Notes: generated by a model not told the origin, from the letters alone. A stretch of 64,000 nucleotides of DNA from an uncultured Candidatus Saccharibacteria bacterium (GCA_964406145.1 CAYOQP010000005.1:834-64833); one strand, 5' to 3'. Positions 18,023-27,214 are shown, counted from the first letter of the stretch. Program-made: numbers and translations.

Positions 18023-18069
18023 AGGCCACTACCCCGAAGGGGAGCCTTCGGCTTGCGATCTCTCCGTAT
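18023..18069 (-). repeat. Duplicated tRNA-Ser 5' end interrupted by a 22-nt double hairpin
   Basis: AGGCCACTA (18023-18031) = 17745-17753; TGCGATCTCTCCGTAT (18054-18069) = 17754-17769; insert CCCCGAAGGGG-AGCCTTCGGCT. Confidence 0.92.
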
Positions 18070-18079
18070 GGCAAATTGA

Positions 18080-18108
18080 ATTCTATCAGTTTTGAGCGTA
18101 TTATTCAA
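18080..18108 (-). promoter_or_regulatory. Sigma70 promoter upstream of the duplicated tRNA 5' end
   Basis: TTGAAT-17 bp-TAGAAT with extended -10 TG. Confidence 0.7.
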
Positions 18109-18125
18109 TAAATTGGAGAGCAAAG

Positions 18126-18950
18126 ATGAACGAAATTAAAAGTTTTGACAAGACCCTTATTAACTATTCGATTGAACGGAAAAAGAGCAAGACTTTTCTT
18201 GTTTTTGTTCACGGTGCTGGTGGCAGCTTAACCGCTTGGAAAAAGGAGCGGGATTTTTTTCATAGCAAGGATGTTTCAACATTGGCAATTGATCTACGGG
18301 GCCATGGACTATCTGGGAGGCCCAAAAAAATTAGAGATTATGGGTTGGATAATTTCGCCAAAGATATAAAGGCCGTATTGGATGTTGAAAAAATCGAGAA
18401 TTTCATTTTAATTGGTCACTGTTTTGGCGGAATGGTTACGATAGAATTTCAGAAACTTTATCCGAATTTGGCCAAAAGTTATATCTTGGTCGACACAACG
18501 TCAAAGGCGCCCCAGAAATTGAGAGCAGCGAGAATACTAAGCTCCCCAGTGTTTCTCATACTCAATTCTTTACTGACTATACACAGTCTGTTGCCCCTAA
18601 AGGGCCAGAATCATCAGGAGGATTTCGATAAATTTGCCGGAACAGGAGATTGGAATCTGCGCAGAATCTACTCTGATATTTCACACACCTCTCTCCGCTC
18701 ATGGTTTTTTACCTATCAGCACGTCGCTAGCTTTGATGGCTCAAAAGTTCTACAAGGTATTAAAGTTCCGGTTCTAATAATTCATGGCGAAAAAGACGGA
18801 ATCTTTAGTGTTGATAGAGCCAAAGAGACAAATGCATTAATCGAAAAGTCAATTCTTGATATAATTCCAGAAGAGAATCATATTATTGTGTTAAACAGTC
18901 CCATACTGGTAGCTGAAAAAATTTATACTTTTTGTAAAAATTTAATTTGA
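18126..18950 (+). CDS. Alpha/beta hydrolase with Cys nucleophile motif
   Basis: FVHGAGG, DLRGHGLS, GHCFGG, HGEKD, ENH. Confidence 0.9.
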   Translation: MNEIKSFDKTLINYSIERKKSKTFLVFVHGAGGSLTAWKKERDFFHSKDVSTLAIDLRGHGLSGRPKKIRDYGLDNFAKDIKAVLDVEKIENFILIGHCFGGMVTIEFQKLYPNLAKSYILVDTTSKAPQKLRAARILSSPVFLILNSLLTIHSLLPLKGQNHQEDFDKFAGTGDWNLRRIYSDISHTSLRSWFFTYQHVASFDGSKVLQGIKVPVLIIHGEKDGIFSVDRAKETNALIEKSILDIIPEENHIIVLNSPILVAEKIYTFCKNLI

Positions 18951-18963
18951 GATTGCAATTATA

Positions 18964-19509
18964 ATGCAGAAGGAATTTGAAACACAAGTATTGAATATTG
19001 ACGAAGCCGACATCAGAGCTAAGCTGAAAAAACTTGGAGCCAAGGAAGAGCCTAAAAAATCTCATCGGCGCTGGGTCTATGATATCAACCCTCACGGTTG
19101 TTCAGAGTGGGTTCGCCTCCGCACAGATGGGAAAAAGACTACAATCTGTTATAAACTCAGGAAAGATAATTCACCAACCGGGACAGAAGAAATAGAGGTC
19201 GAAGTTGATGACTTCGAAAAAACTGCCGAGCTTCTCTCTAAGCTTAGTTTTTATTTCGAAAAATATTATCAGGAAAATATCAGTCAGATTTACCGGCTAG
19301 ACGATATTGAATTTAAGATCGACAAATGGCCGATGATTCCAACAATGTTTGAAATTGAAGCCAAAAGCGAGAAAGGTGTTGCCAGAGGACTGGAACTACT
19401 TGGCCTCACTGGTCGCGAATACGGTCATCATGGACATGTGAGAATTTACAAAGATTATGGTATCGACCTTCATGATCTTAAGGAATTGAAATTTGATGAA
19501 AAAAAATAA
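18964..19509 (+). CDS. CYTH-domain protein (triphosphatase/class IV adenylate cyclase family)
   Basis: EFE N-terminal motif, WVRLR, EEIEVEV, FEIE. Confidence 0.88.
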   Translation: MQKEFETQVLNIDEADIRAKLKKLGAKEEPKKSHRRWVYDINPHGCSEWVRLRTDGKKTTICYKLRKDNSPTGTEEIEVEVDDFEKTAELLSKLSFYFEKYYQENISQIYRLDDIEFKIDKWPMIPTMFEIEAKSEKGVARGLELLGLTGREYGHHGHVRIYKDYGIDLHDLKELKFDEKK

Positions 19510-20134
19510 GATAAAACTCTTAATATTTGACTTTGATTTTACCCTCGTCGATTCGATGAAGGCGATGCTTCGAGTTCGCAAAGACCTCAAGGATTTGTAT
19601 GGACTTGCTATGAGCGATCGACCCGAAAAAATAATATGGGGCAGTAATATTTCCCAAAATGCCCTCTGGCTCAAAGAGTGGAATCATTCCCCTCTTTCTG
19701 TTTCTGAAATTGCTGATCTTATCACAAAATATGTGAACATTTATTATCCAAAATTAGAAATAATCTATCCCGAATTATTTTTAGATTGGATGAAAGAAGA
19801 AAAACTTTTGGCTGTTGTTTCGAGCTGTAGCGACGAAGCCCTCAAGAAAACTTTTGCAAATCCAGCAAATAGAAAAATAAAATTCGAATTAGTCCTGCAA
19901 TCAGATAAAAATATTGATAAATCTCACTGCATCGAAAAATGCCTATCGGACTTGAAAATTTATAAGGACGAAGCAATATATATTGGCGATCATACCAATG
20001 ACATCCAGGCGGCGAAGAAAGCAGGAGTATTGTCTTGCGGTATCACAACTGGCTGGTGTGATAAAGAGGAATTATTAAGCGCAGAACCTGATATTGTTAT
20101 TGATAATTTGAAGGAATTAAATAAATTTATTTAA
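19496..20134 (+). CDS. HAD-family phosphatase
   Basis: FDFDFTLVDS, YIGDHTNDIQAAKKAG. Confidence 0.92.
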   Translation: MKKNKIKLLIFDFDFTLVDSMKAMLRVRKDLKDLYGLAMSDRPEKIIWGSNISQNALWLKEWNHSPLSVSEIADLITKYVNIYYPKLEIIYPELFLDWMKEEKLLAVVSSCSDEALKKTFANPANRKIKFELVLQSDKNIDKSHCIEKCLSDLKIYKDEAIYIGDHTNDIQAAKKAGVLSCGITTGWCDKEELLSAEPDIVIDNLKELNKFI

Positions 20135-20142
20135 GGAGAAAA

Positions 20143-20343
20143 ATGGAAAAAATAAATCCCTACGTTCACCCCGAGGCACCAGCCGTAACTCCACCGCCAC
20201 CAGCACAAAACATTGCTGATAAAGATCCGAGAAAAGAGCCGCCTGTTTCAGAAATAGATCCTCGAGATAAAATCGAAGAACCAACCAAAAAAGTACCTTC
20301 ACCAGATGAGAATATAGGTCGAAACTTTGATAGTTATGGATAA
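20143..20343 (+). CDS. Small Pro-rich hypothetical protein
   Basis: AAGGAG SD; fills the gap in the operon. Confidence 0.6.
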   Translation: MEKINPYVHPEAPAVTPPPPAQNIADKDPRKEPPVSEIDPRDKIEEPTKKVPSPDENIGRNFDSYG

Positions 20344-20956
20344 ATTATCAATGAACAACCGTCTTAAAAAAATCTTTGATTTTCTTTGCGAAATAGAAAA
20401 ATTGAAACTCGTCGAGCGTATTCCCTATCTTTCCGATAAAAAAAGGCAAGAAAATGACGCCGAGCATTCTTGGCATTTAGCAATGATGTTGCTCGCCCTA
20501 GAGGGCGAATTTGAAAATAAATTTGATTTTTTTAGAACTCTCAAAATCATCCTTGTCCACGATTTGATAGAAATCCACACCGGAGATGATTGGGTTACAA
20601 CGAAAGAAGAAAAAGAGCTTAAAAGAGTTAGAGAAACAGAAGCAGCAGATAAAATATTTGCCATATTACCCAAAGATTTAGAGAAAGAATTCCGAGGCTT
20701 GTGGGAGGAATACGATCAAGGCAAGACAATGGAGGCTAAGATCGCCAAAGGGCTCGACAAACTTAGCTATTCACTCCAACATTCGCTGTCAAAAAAGATC
20801 AATTGGCACGAAAATGCTGACGCCATCGAATCAACCAGAAACTACGCTATGCCTTATATAAAAAATGAAAAAGCCATGATTGAAATGTTTGAACACTTGA
20901 TGACCGAAAGAGCCTCTCACCATGATGAATTTGAGTGGGTCAAACGAATTAAATAA
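20336..20956 (+). CDS. HD-domain phosphohydrolase (YfbR/HDDC2-like)
   Basis: ENDAEHSWHLA, VHDLIE..GD, LWEEY, LDKL; exact start uncertain. Confidence 0.9.
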   Translation: MDKLSMNNRLKKIFDFLCEIEKLKLVERIPYLSDKKRQENDAEHSWHLAMMLLALEGEFENKFDFFRTLKIILVHDLIEIHTGDDWVTTKEEKELKRVRETEAADKIFAILPKDLEKEFRGLWEEYDQGKTMEAKIAKGLDKLSYSLQHSLSKKINWHENADAIESTRNYAMPYIKNEKAMIEMFEHLMTERASHHDEFEWVKRIK

Positions 20957-20975
20957 GCAATAATTTTGCACCAAT

Positions 20976-21005
20976 AAAAGATGTCACGCACAGGACGTCT
21001 TTTTT
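20976..21005 (+). terminator. Intrinsic terminator
   Basis: AAAAGATGTC..GACGTCTTTT plus T run. Confidence 0.7.
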
Positions 21006-21094
21006 GTATCTATCCACAGAGACAAAAGCATGGAATTAGAATATAATTTTGACAATTTGGGCCAGAATCTATCCCCGTTTTAGGAGGTTACCAT

Positions 21095-21313
21095 ATGTCT
21101 GATGTGTGCGTTCAGTGCGCAAAACGCAAAGAAACAGGCCCCAAGGCCTGCCTCTCCTGTGAAATCAGCGAGGCCGGGCACCACCGGTGCCAACACTGCC
21201 ACGCCGCAGTAAAAGACGGCGCGCTCCAGTGCTCAATCTGCTTCGCGATCCAACGCGAGCATTTCCCCAGTCCCGACCCCCTACTCTTGTCACAATTCAA
21301 TCCAGGAATGTGA
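21095..21313 (+). CDS. Small double zinc-ribbon protein
   Basis: AGGAGGT SD; four CxxC motifs; hairpin CGCGATAGAT..ATCTATCGCG downstream. Confidence 0.75.
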   Translation: MSDVCVQCAKRKETGPKACLSCEISEAGHHRCQHCHAAVKDGALQCSICFAIQREHFPSPDPLLLSQFNPGM

Positions 21314-21398
21314 CCCGTGCCGGCGCGCGATAGATCTAATCTATCGCGTTTGCCATTTGTTTTGCTTTGCAGAAGAAAAAGCTATACTTGTGATGCAG

Positions 21399-22670
21399 AT
21401 GAAAAATAAAGTTGAAAAAATATTTGATTTCTTGGAGATCTCCGAGCAATTAAAGAATACGAAACGTTGGAAAAACGTTCCACAGATGAAGAAAAAGGAA
21501 ACAAGCGCAGACCACACTTGGCATGTCGCCCTTTTGGCCTGTCTGTTCGATAAAGAATTAGATTTTGAAATTGATTTTCTGAAAGCGATACAAATAATTA
21601 TAATCCATGATCTGGTTGAGGCTATCACCGACGATATTGATTACGTCCAATTTTTTAAAGGCCTAGCCGATCCCAAAGATAAAGACAGAAATGAGAAATT
21701 AGCTATTGCAAAAATAAGAAGTGTGTTGCCAGAAAAAAGTGGCAAGATTATCTTCGATCTTTGGCAGGAATACGAAGATAAAAGTTCGAATGAGGGCAAA
21801 TTTGCTTACGCTATGGACAAAATCGAGGGCCTGCATCATATGGTCCATACCGGACACGAATGTTTTCACTTTGCCGAGATAATCGGAACATATCCCAATA
21901 AAGCTGTAGCAGGTTTTCCCAAACTCAAATCAGTCCTTTGTGAGCACAAGAAAAGAGCAAAAACAGAAATGGAAAAACACGGCTGGGATTGGAAAGGTGA
22001 ATATAGTCTAGATGGCACAAATGATACAAAATCGACTAAAGAAATAGAACAAATTTTTGACTTCATCGAGATTTCCGAAAACCTCAAAGATACCAGGAGA
22101 TATCTCAACACGAAGGAAATGAAACAAAAGGAATCTAGCGCTGAACATTCTTGGCATGTAGCCCTAATCTCGATGATTGTTTTTTATGAATTTGATCTTA
22201 AAGTCGATCTTTTGAAATCAATCAAAATGGCTTTGGTTCATGACTTACCAGAGTCGATAGCTGGCGATACTGACTATTCTCTAGTTGCTTGGGGCATTAA
22301 AACAAAAGAGGAAAAACACGATATGGAGTTGGCGGCAATCAAAGAAATAAGAAAAAGATTGCCCAAGAAATCTGGTCAAGAAATCTACAATCTTTGGCAA
22401 GAATACGAGCAATCCGAGACAGCTGAAGCCAAATTTATTAAAGCGGTAGACAAAATAGAAGGCATAAATCATATGCTTGTTTTAGGACATGAATGCTTTG
22501 ATCATCCAGAGCTAATAGCTCCATATCCAAATAAAGCTGTCAAAAAATTCCCTGAAATCAAAGCAATGCTTATAGAATTACACGATCGCTTGAAGCCAAA
22601 ATTTGAAAAACTGGGCTGGCCGTGGCTTGAAGAATATGCAAAATTCTTAAACAAGGAAGAAAATGAATAA
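21399..22670 (+). CDS. Tandem double HD-domain phosphohydrolase
   Basis: Two repeats: ETSADHTWHVA/IHDL and ESSAEHSWHVA/VHDL, each followed by DKIEG..GHECF..YPNKAV..FP. Confidence 0.9.
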   Translation: MKNKVEKIFDFLEISEQLKNTKRWKNVPQMKKKETSADHTWHVALLACLFDKELDFEIDFLKAIQIIIIHDLVEAITDDIDYVQFFKGLADPKDKDRNEKLAIAKIRSVLPEKSGKIIFDLWQEYEDKSSNEGKFAYAMDKIEGLHHMVHTGHECFHFAEIIGTYPNKAVAGFPKLKSVLCEHKKRAKTEMEKHGWDWKGEYSLDGTNDTKSTKEIEQIFDFIEISENLKDTRRYLNTKEMKQKESSAEHSWHVALISMIVFYEFDLKVDLLKSIKMALVHDLPESIAGDTDYSLVAWGIKTKEEKHDMELAAIKEIRKRLPKKSGQEIYNLWQEYEQSETAEAKFIKAVDKIEGINHMLVLGHECFDHPELIAPYPNKAVKKFPEIKAMLIELHDRLKPKFEKLGWPWLEEYAKFLNKEENE

Positions 22671-23532
22671 CTTGGAACTTGGGATACTTTTGGGCTTAAT
22701 TGCTTTAATAAGCGGCGGACTTTCTAACGCCATGGTAAAGACACCTTCTCAAGTTGAGGGGGTAAATAAAACAATATTCTATAGAAATCTATTTATTACA
22801 ATTTTGCTTCTGGCTCTAGTCATATTAACACCAGATAAAACAAATTTCAGTTGGAAATATGCAATTTTTACTTTTCTCCTGGCAATTTTCGGCTACATCC
22901 CAATGTATTATTATTACAAAGCGACTACAGTCGGTAAAATTGGTGTCGTCTCACCAGTATCGTCAGGAAATATCTTAATAGCCATAATCTTAGCAACAAT
23001 ATTTTTCCATGAAAGACTGACATCATTGCAATACCTCGCTATTGCAGTCATTATTTTTGGCGTTGTTTTGATTTCTCTTAATGTTAAAGACTTCAAATCA
23101 TCAAAGATTTTTCAAGTTGAAAGCGGCATACCATATGCCCTTATTGCCGCTTTGGGTTGGGGAATTTGGATGGCTTTTGTAAAAATATCAATCGATAATC
23201 TGGGTCCATATCTTGCCTCATTCATCGGAGAACTAACTATTTTGTTGATTGCGACATTCCTGCTTATAAAATCCAAAGAAAATTTTGGACTGAAAACAAA
23301 TAAATCATTATATTTCTTACTTCCTATAGCAATTTTTCTTTTTGCCTGGGAAATCGGCTATTATACCGGATTAAAAGTAGCTAACGTCAGTATTATTGTT
23401 GCGCTCTCCTCTGCCAGCCCAATAGTTGTCGCTCTTTTTGGCCGATTTTTTTACAAAGAAAAACTGTCTTCAAAACAGTATATGGCAATAATGATTATAA
23501 TTATTGGAATGATAGCGCTCTCAATAAAATAA
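22663..23532 (+). CDS. EamA/DMT-family transporter
   Basis: About 10 TM helices in two repeats; FFHERL and FYKEKL. Confidence 0.9.
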   Translation: MNNLELGILLGLIALISGGLSNAMVKTPSQVEGVNKTIFYRNLFITILLLALVILTPDKTNFSWKYAIFTFLLAIFGYIPMYYYYKATTVGKIGVVSPVSSGNILIAIILATIFFHERLTSLQYLAIAVIIFGVVLISLNVKDFKSSKIFQVESGIPYALIAALGWGIWMAFVKISIDNLGPYLASFIGELTILLIATFLLIKSKENFGLKTNKSLYFLLPIAIFLFAWEIGYYTGLKVANVSIIVALSSASPIVVALFGRFFYKEKLSSKQYMAIMIIIIGMIALSIK

Positions 23533-23587
23533 CCGCCCCGAACCAAATGTGTGTATGGTTGGGGCGGGAAGGCTTCCCTGATGCTGG

Positions 23588-23785
23588 TCAGGAAAGGCGG
23601 ACGGTCGCCTGGCGTTCTTCGCCGGTATTCTGACCAGTCCAGGTGACGATGGCATGAACGCCGTCGAGTTGGCCGACAACTCGCACCTCGCCATCTTTCG
23701 GCGGATCAGTCGACAAGAAGTTGGTCTCAACTTCATCGGAGACATGGGCTGTGATACCCTTAACACGAAACGTCTGATCGGGCAT
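23588..23785 (-). CDS. Small hypothetical protein (65 aa)
   Basis: AAGGAGG SD before ATG 23785; GC-richer than flanks; hairpin at 23533-23567 downstream. Confidence 0.65.
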   Translation of the reverse strand: MPDQTFRVKGITAHVSDEVETNFLSTDPPKDGEVRVVGQLDGVHAIVTWTGQNTGEERQATVRLS

Positions 23786-23864
23786 GGCTTCCTCCTTTAT
23801 AGATGCCAAGAATTGGGAAGATTGTGCTTGCAGGATAACACTTATTATGAATTTGAGCAAGACT

Positions 23865-23893
23865 AAAATAGCCCCACTTAGTGGGGCTATTTT
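23865..23893 (-). terminator. ppsA terminator (symmetric)
   Basis: AAAATAGCCCCACT-T-AGTGGGGCTATTTT. Confidence 0.85.
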
Positions 23894-23901
23894 ATATACA
23901 C

Positions 23902-26223
23902 CTATCTATCAATCACATTGGAAAGCAACAGCCTTCTCTCTACCGAAGCTATTAGCTTTTTGGTTGCGACAGCTACGTCTGGGGTTACAGAAACGCTAGT
24001 TGTGCCTGCTTTTACCATCATTTCGGTAATTTCCGGGTAAACACTTGGTGCTTGGCCACATATCGAACAAGTGACATTGTTCTTTCGACAGGTCTTAATC
24101 ACATATTCGATTGACATTCTGACTGCCTCGTCACGTTCATCGAAAAGCTTAGCCAGAGTCTGATTATCGCGGTCAACTCCGAGAGTCAGCTGAGTTAAAT
24201 CATTCGAACCGATTGAGACGCCATCAATACCAAGAGCAATAAATTTCTCAAGAAGAATCACATTTGAAGGAATTTCACACATCATCCAGATTTTGAAATC
24301 TGGCCCCTGCTTCAGTCCGCCCTGTTCGATCAATTTCATGCATTCTGTCATTTCGGTTATTGTGCGAACAAAAGGCACCATAATCCAAAGATTTTTCAGA
24401 TCATATTCTTCTCTAATCTTCTTAATCGCCTTCAATTCAAGGGCGAACATATCCGGTTCAGCAATATATCTTGAGGCACCACGGTAACCAATCATCGGGT
24501 TGTCTTCGACTGGCTCATACTTTTCGCCACCTTTTAAACCTTTATATTCATTCGTCTTAAAATCTGTTGCTCGATAAACCACCGGTCTTGGCGCGAAAGC
24601 AGAAGCTATTTCCTTAATCCCATCAACTAAAGCATTGACGTATTGTTCACTTCTACCAGCCGCGACCATCGCCTTGGGGTGCTCGCCAAGGTTCGCTATG
24701 ATAAACTCAGCTCGAAGTAAACCGACACCATCCACGGGTAATTTTGCTACCTCGGCGGCAAGTTGAGGCTCGCCTAAATTCACATAGACTTTTGTGCCAG
24801 TGACTGGAATCTCTTCAGAAATCATCGACCCGGAACCTTCGACCTTTCCGGCGACTTCCTTCTTTAGTTCTTTATTGGAGACTTTGCCCTTAAAGACCAG
24901 GCCTTTAGCACCATCAACGGTGATTATTTGGCCATTTTTAAGGACATGAGTCGCTGTGCCGGTACCAACAACACAGGGAATCCCCAACTCTCTTGAGACA
25001 ATCGAGGCATGACATGTCCTGCCGCCCGTGTCAGTGACAATTGCGACAGCCTTCCTCATCGCCGGAACATAATCAGGAGTCGTCATTTCAGTGACCAAGA
25101 CATCGCCGTCCTTGACCTTATCTATTTCAGTTGGTTTGTGAATAATTTTGACTGGACCAAAAGCGGCGCCAAGTGATGCGGCCGCACCTTTGAGTAAAAT
25201 CTCTGCCTTACTTTCATCAATTTCTCCGCCGCCTGATGAAACTGATTTCTGCTTATCTTTGCCTTTATTGAGAGTTGTGATCGGTCGAGATTGAACGAAG
25301 TAAACCTTGCCGTCTTCTATCGCCCATTCTGTATCCTGAGGCTTACCGTAATGCTTTTCGATTTTAACGCCGATTTCGGCCAACTTTAAGATTTGTTCAT
25401 CAGTAATTTTCTGAGTTTTCTGTTTATCTTTCGGCACTCGAATATGTTTGTCGCCATTTTTTCCATCTTTAACAATCTGCCAGATCTGCTCGTTGATTTC
25501 ACGGCTTACGATCTGCATCGTATTTTTATCGACGACATATCGATCGGGATTAATTTCACCCAGAACGACTGCCTCGCCAAGTCCGCAACCAGCATCGATG
25601 ACTAGATGATCGGGATTCTGGTCGACTGGGTCAACCGTGAATAAGATACCGGCATTATCAGAATCAACCATATTTTGAACTGGGGCGGATAGACCGACCT
25701 GCAAATGATCATACTTATTAATGACTCGATAATAGATTGCTCGAGCCTCAAAGAGCGAAGCGTAGCACTTTTGAACCGATTTAACGACCGCATCAGGAGT
25801 TTGAATATTGAGATACGTGCTTTGTTGACCAGCGAATGAAGCGTCTGGCAGGTCTTCCGCAGTAGCCGAAGATCTGACCGCCACAGGAAAACCACCCAAT
25901 TTGTGATAGGCCTCTTTGATTTCTTTGGCCAAATCCTCTGGCATCTTGGCGTTTACTATCGTTTTCTTAATCTCTCTAGCAACAGCATTTAATCTCTTGT
26001 TGTCTTCGGCGTTCAACCCCTTTAGCGCCTTAGCCAAACCATCCTTAATACCAGTTTGCTCGAGAAAATAATAGTAAGCTTGAGCCGTAACACAAAAACC
26101 ATTTGGAACAGGAATTCCAGCGTTGGTGAGCTCTCCTAGATTGGCACCTTTACCTCCAACCAAAGCAATGTCATTCTTGTGAATATCTTTAAACCACAAG
26201 ATGAACGGTTTCGTCTTCGCCAC
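23902..26223 (-). CDS. ppsA: Phosphoenolpyruvate synthase
   Basis: VGGKGANLGE, AVRSSATAED, GGRTCHASIVSRE, SIGSNDLTQ. Confidence 0.97.
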   Translation of the reverse strand: MAKTKPFILWFKDIHKNDIALVGGKGANLGELTNAGIPVPNGFCVTAQAYYYFLEQTGIKDGLAKALKGLNAEDNKRLNAVAREIKKTIVNAKMPEDLAKEIKEAYHKLGGFPVAVRSSATAEDLPDASFAGQQSTYLNIQTPDAVVKSVQKCYASLFEARAIYYRVINKYDHLQVGLSAPVQNMVDSDNAGILFTVDPVDQNPDHLVIDAGCGLGEAVVLGEINPDRYVVDKNTMQIVSREINEQIWQIVKDGKNGDKHIRVPKDKQKTQKITDEQILKLAEIGVKIEKHYGKPQDTEWAIEDGKVYFVQSRPITTLNKGKDKQKSVSSGGGEIDESKAEILLKGAAASLGAAFGPVKIIHKPTEIDKVKDGDVLVTEMTTPDYVPAMRKAVAIVTDTGGRTCHASIVSRELGIPCVVGTGTATHVLKNGQIITVDGAKGLVFKGKVSNKELKKEVAGKVEGSGSMISEEIPVTGTKVYVNLGEPQLAAEVAKLPVDGVGLLRAEFIIANLGEHPKAMVAAGRSEQYVNALVDGIKEIASAFAPRPVVYRATDFKTNEYKGLKGGEKYEPVEDNPMIGYRGASRYIAEPDMFALELKAIKKIREEYDLKNLWIMVPFVRTITEMTECMKLIEQGGLKQGPDFKIWMMCEIPSNVILLEKFIALGIDGVSIGSNDLTQLTLGVDRDNQTLAKLFDERDEAVRMSIEYVIKTCRKNNVTCSICGQAPSVYPEITEMMVKAGTTSVSVTPDVAVATKKLIASVERRLLLSNVIDR

Positions 26224-26240
26224 ATTCCCTCCAATATTTT

Positions 26241-26684
26241 TTATAGTAACTCTTCTAAAATCTTCTTAGTGTTGTCGATCGAATAGCCTCGCCCAAGTAA
26301 GAAACGTCCTAATTTTTCATACCTTCTCTCTGGTGGAATGTTTTTCTTCTTGAGCCAGTTTTGAGCCAGTTCTTTCGCAGTCTCGTATTCAGAATCATTA
26401 TCAATATCGCCTAATTTTTCCTCAACCAAGTCTCGATCAAGACCAAATTTCTTAAGTTGATTCCTGATCTTATAGACACCCTGAGAACGGAACTGTAATT
26501 GCTTGATGTAATTTTCAGTAAATCTGGCATCATCAAGAAAATTTTTGTCTCTCAAAAAATCAATTGTCTTTGTGATTTCCTCTGGCAGGTATTCTCTATT
26601 CTTCATCTTCTGCTCTATCTCGGCGACACTTCTGTCTCGAAGCTCAAGAAGATAAAGGGCATACTCAAGCGGCTTCTTTTTCAT
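26241..26684 (-). CDS. recX: RecX regulator
   Basis: ALYLL..RDRS..E, FLDDARF, FLLGRGY; downstream of recA. Confidence 0.92.
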   Translation of the reverse strand: MKKKPLEYALYLLELRDRSVAEIEQKMKNREYLPEEITKTIDFLRDKNFLDDARFTENYIKQLQFRSQGVYKIRNQLKKFGLDRDLVEEKLGDIDNDSEYETAKELAQNWLKKKNIPPERRYEKLGRFLLGRGYSIDNTKKILEELL

Positions 26685-27214
26685 TACGCGGAATGTGTCT
26701 CTGGATTCGGGTCAATATCTTTTGGTTCTTCGACTTTAAGTGTGTCTTCTTCTGGATCGGTCGTTTCGGCCTCATTCCCTAGCGTAACTTCACCACCACC
26801 AAAGACAATTTCTTGATCCAACGAATACATCTGAGAAGGAGAATTCAAACTAGCCCTAACTTTGTCTCCGGGAAGAAACTCGAGCTCTACATTTTTTACC
26901 ATTGGCTCAGCCAGAGGATTAAAGCCTGCGGCCTTAAGACTATTAAAAAGTTCTGGAGATTCTGATCCAGGCGACCAGAGCTGTAATATAGGCACATTTC
27001 CACGTATACCATCTCTTAGCTCAGCTCTTAATGATTCAGCAAAAGAATCTATCTTCTGAACTTTTTGTTCAGCAACTTCAACTCCTCTTTGATGACCCTG
27101 AGCTTGATAAAACAATCTGTCTCTTTCATTGTGCGCTCTTAATAAATCAGAGAAAAATTGAACTGCTCTATCGATTTGTTCTGAAGTAAGCTTAATCCTT
27201 TGTTCGTCAACCAT
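26684..27214 (-). CDS. Hypothetical protein between recA and recX
   Basis: ORF with GAAAGG SD before ATG 27214 (alternative 27229); stop overlaps the recX start. Confidence 0.7.
   Translation of the reverse strand: MVDEQRIKLTSEQIDRAVQFFSDLLRAHNERDRLFYQAQGHQRGVEVAEQKVQKIDSFAESLRAELRDGIRGNVPILQLWSPGSESPELFNSLKAAGFNPLAEPMVKNVELEFLPGDKVRASLNSPSQMYSLDQEIVFGGGEVTLGNEAETTDPEEDTLKVEEPKDIDPNPETHSA

Noticed and set aside
17517-18069. Permuted or split tRNA, or tmRNA, built from the duplicated ends
   Set aside because: An intact tRNA-Ser is present; the copies lack an anticodon arm and there is no tmRNA-like GGGG 5' end or tag frame.
21010-21018. DnaA-box-like CTATCCACA
   Set aside because: Single 8/9 match with no box cluster or dnaA nearby.
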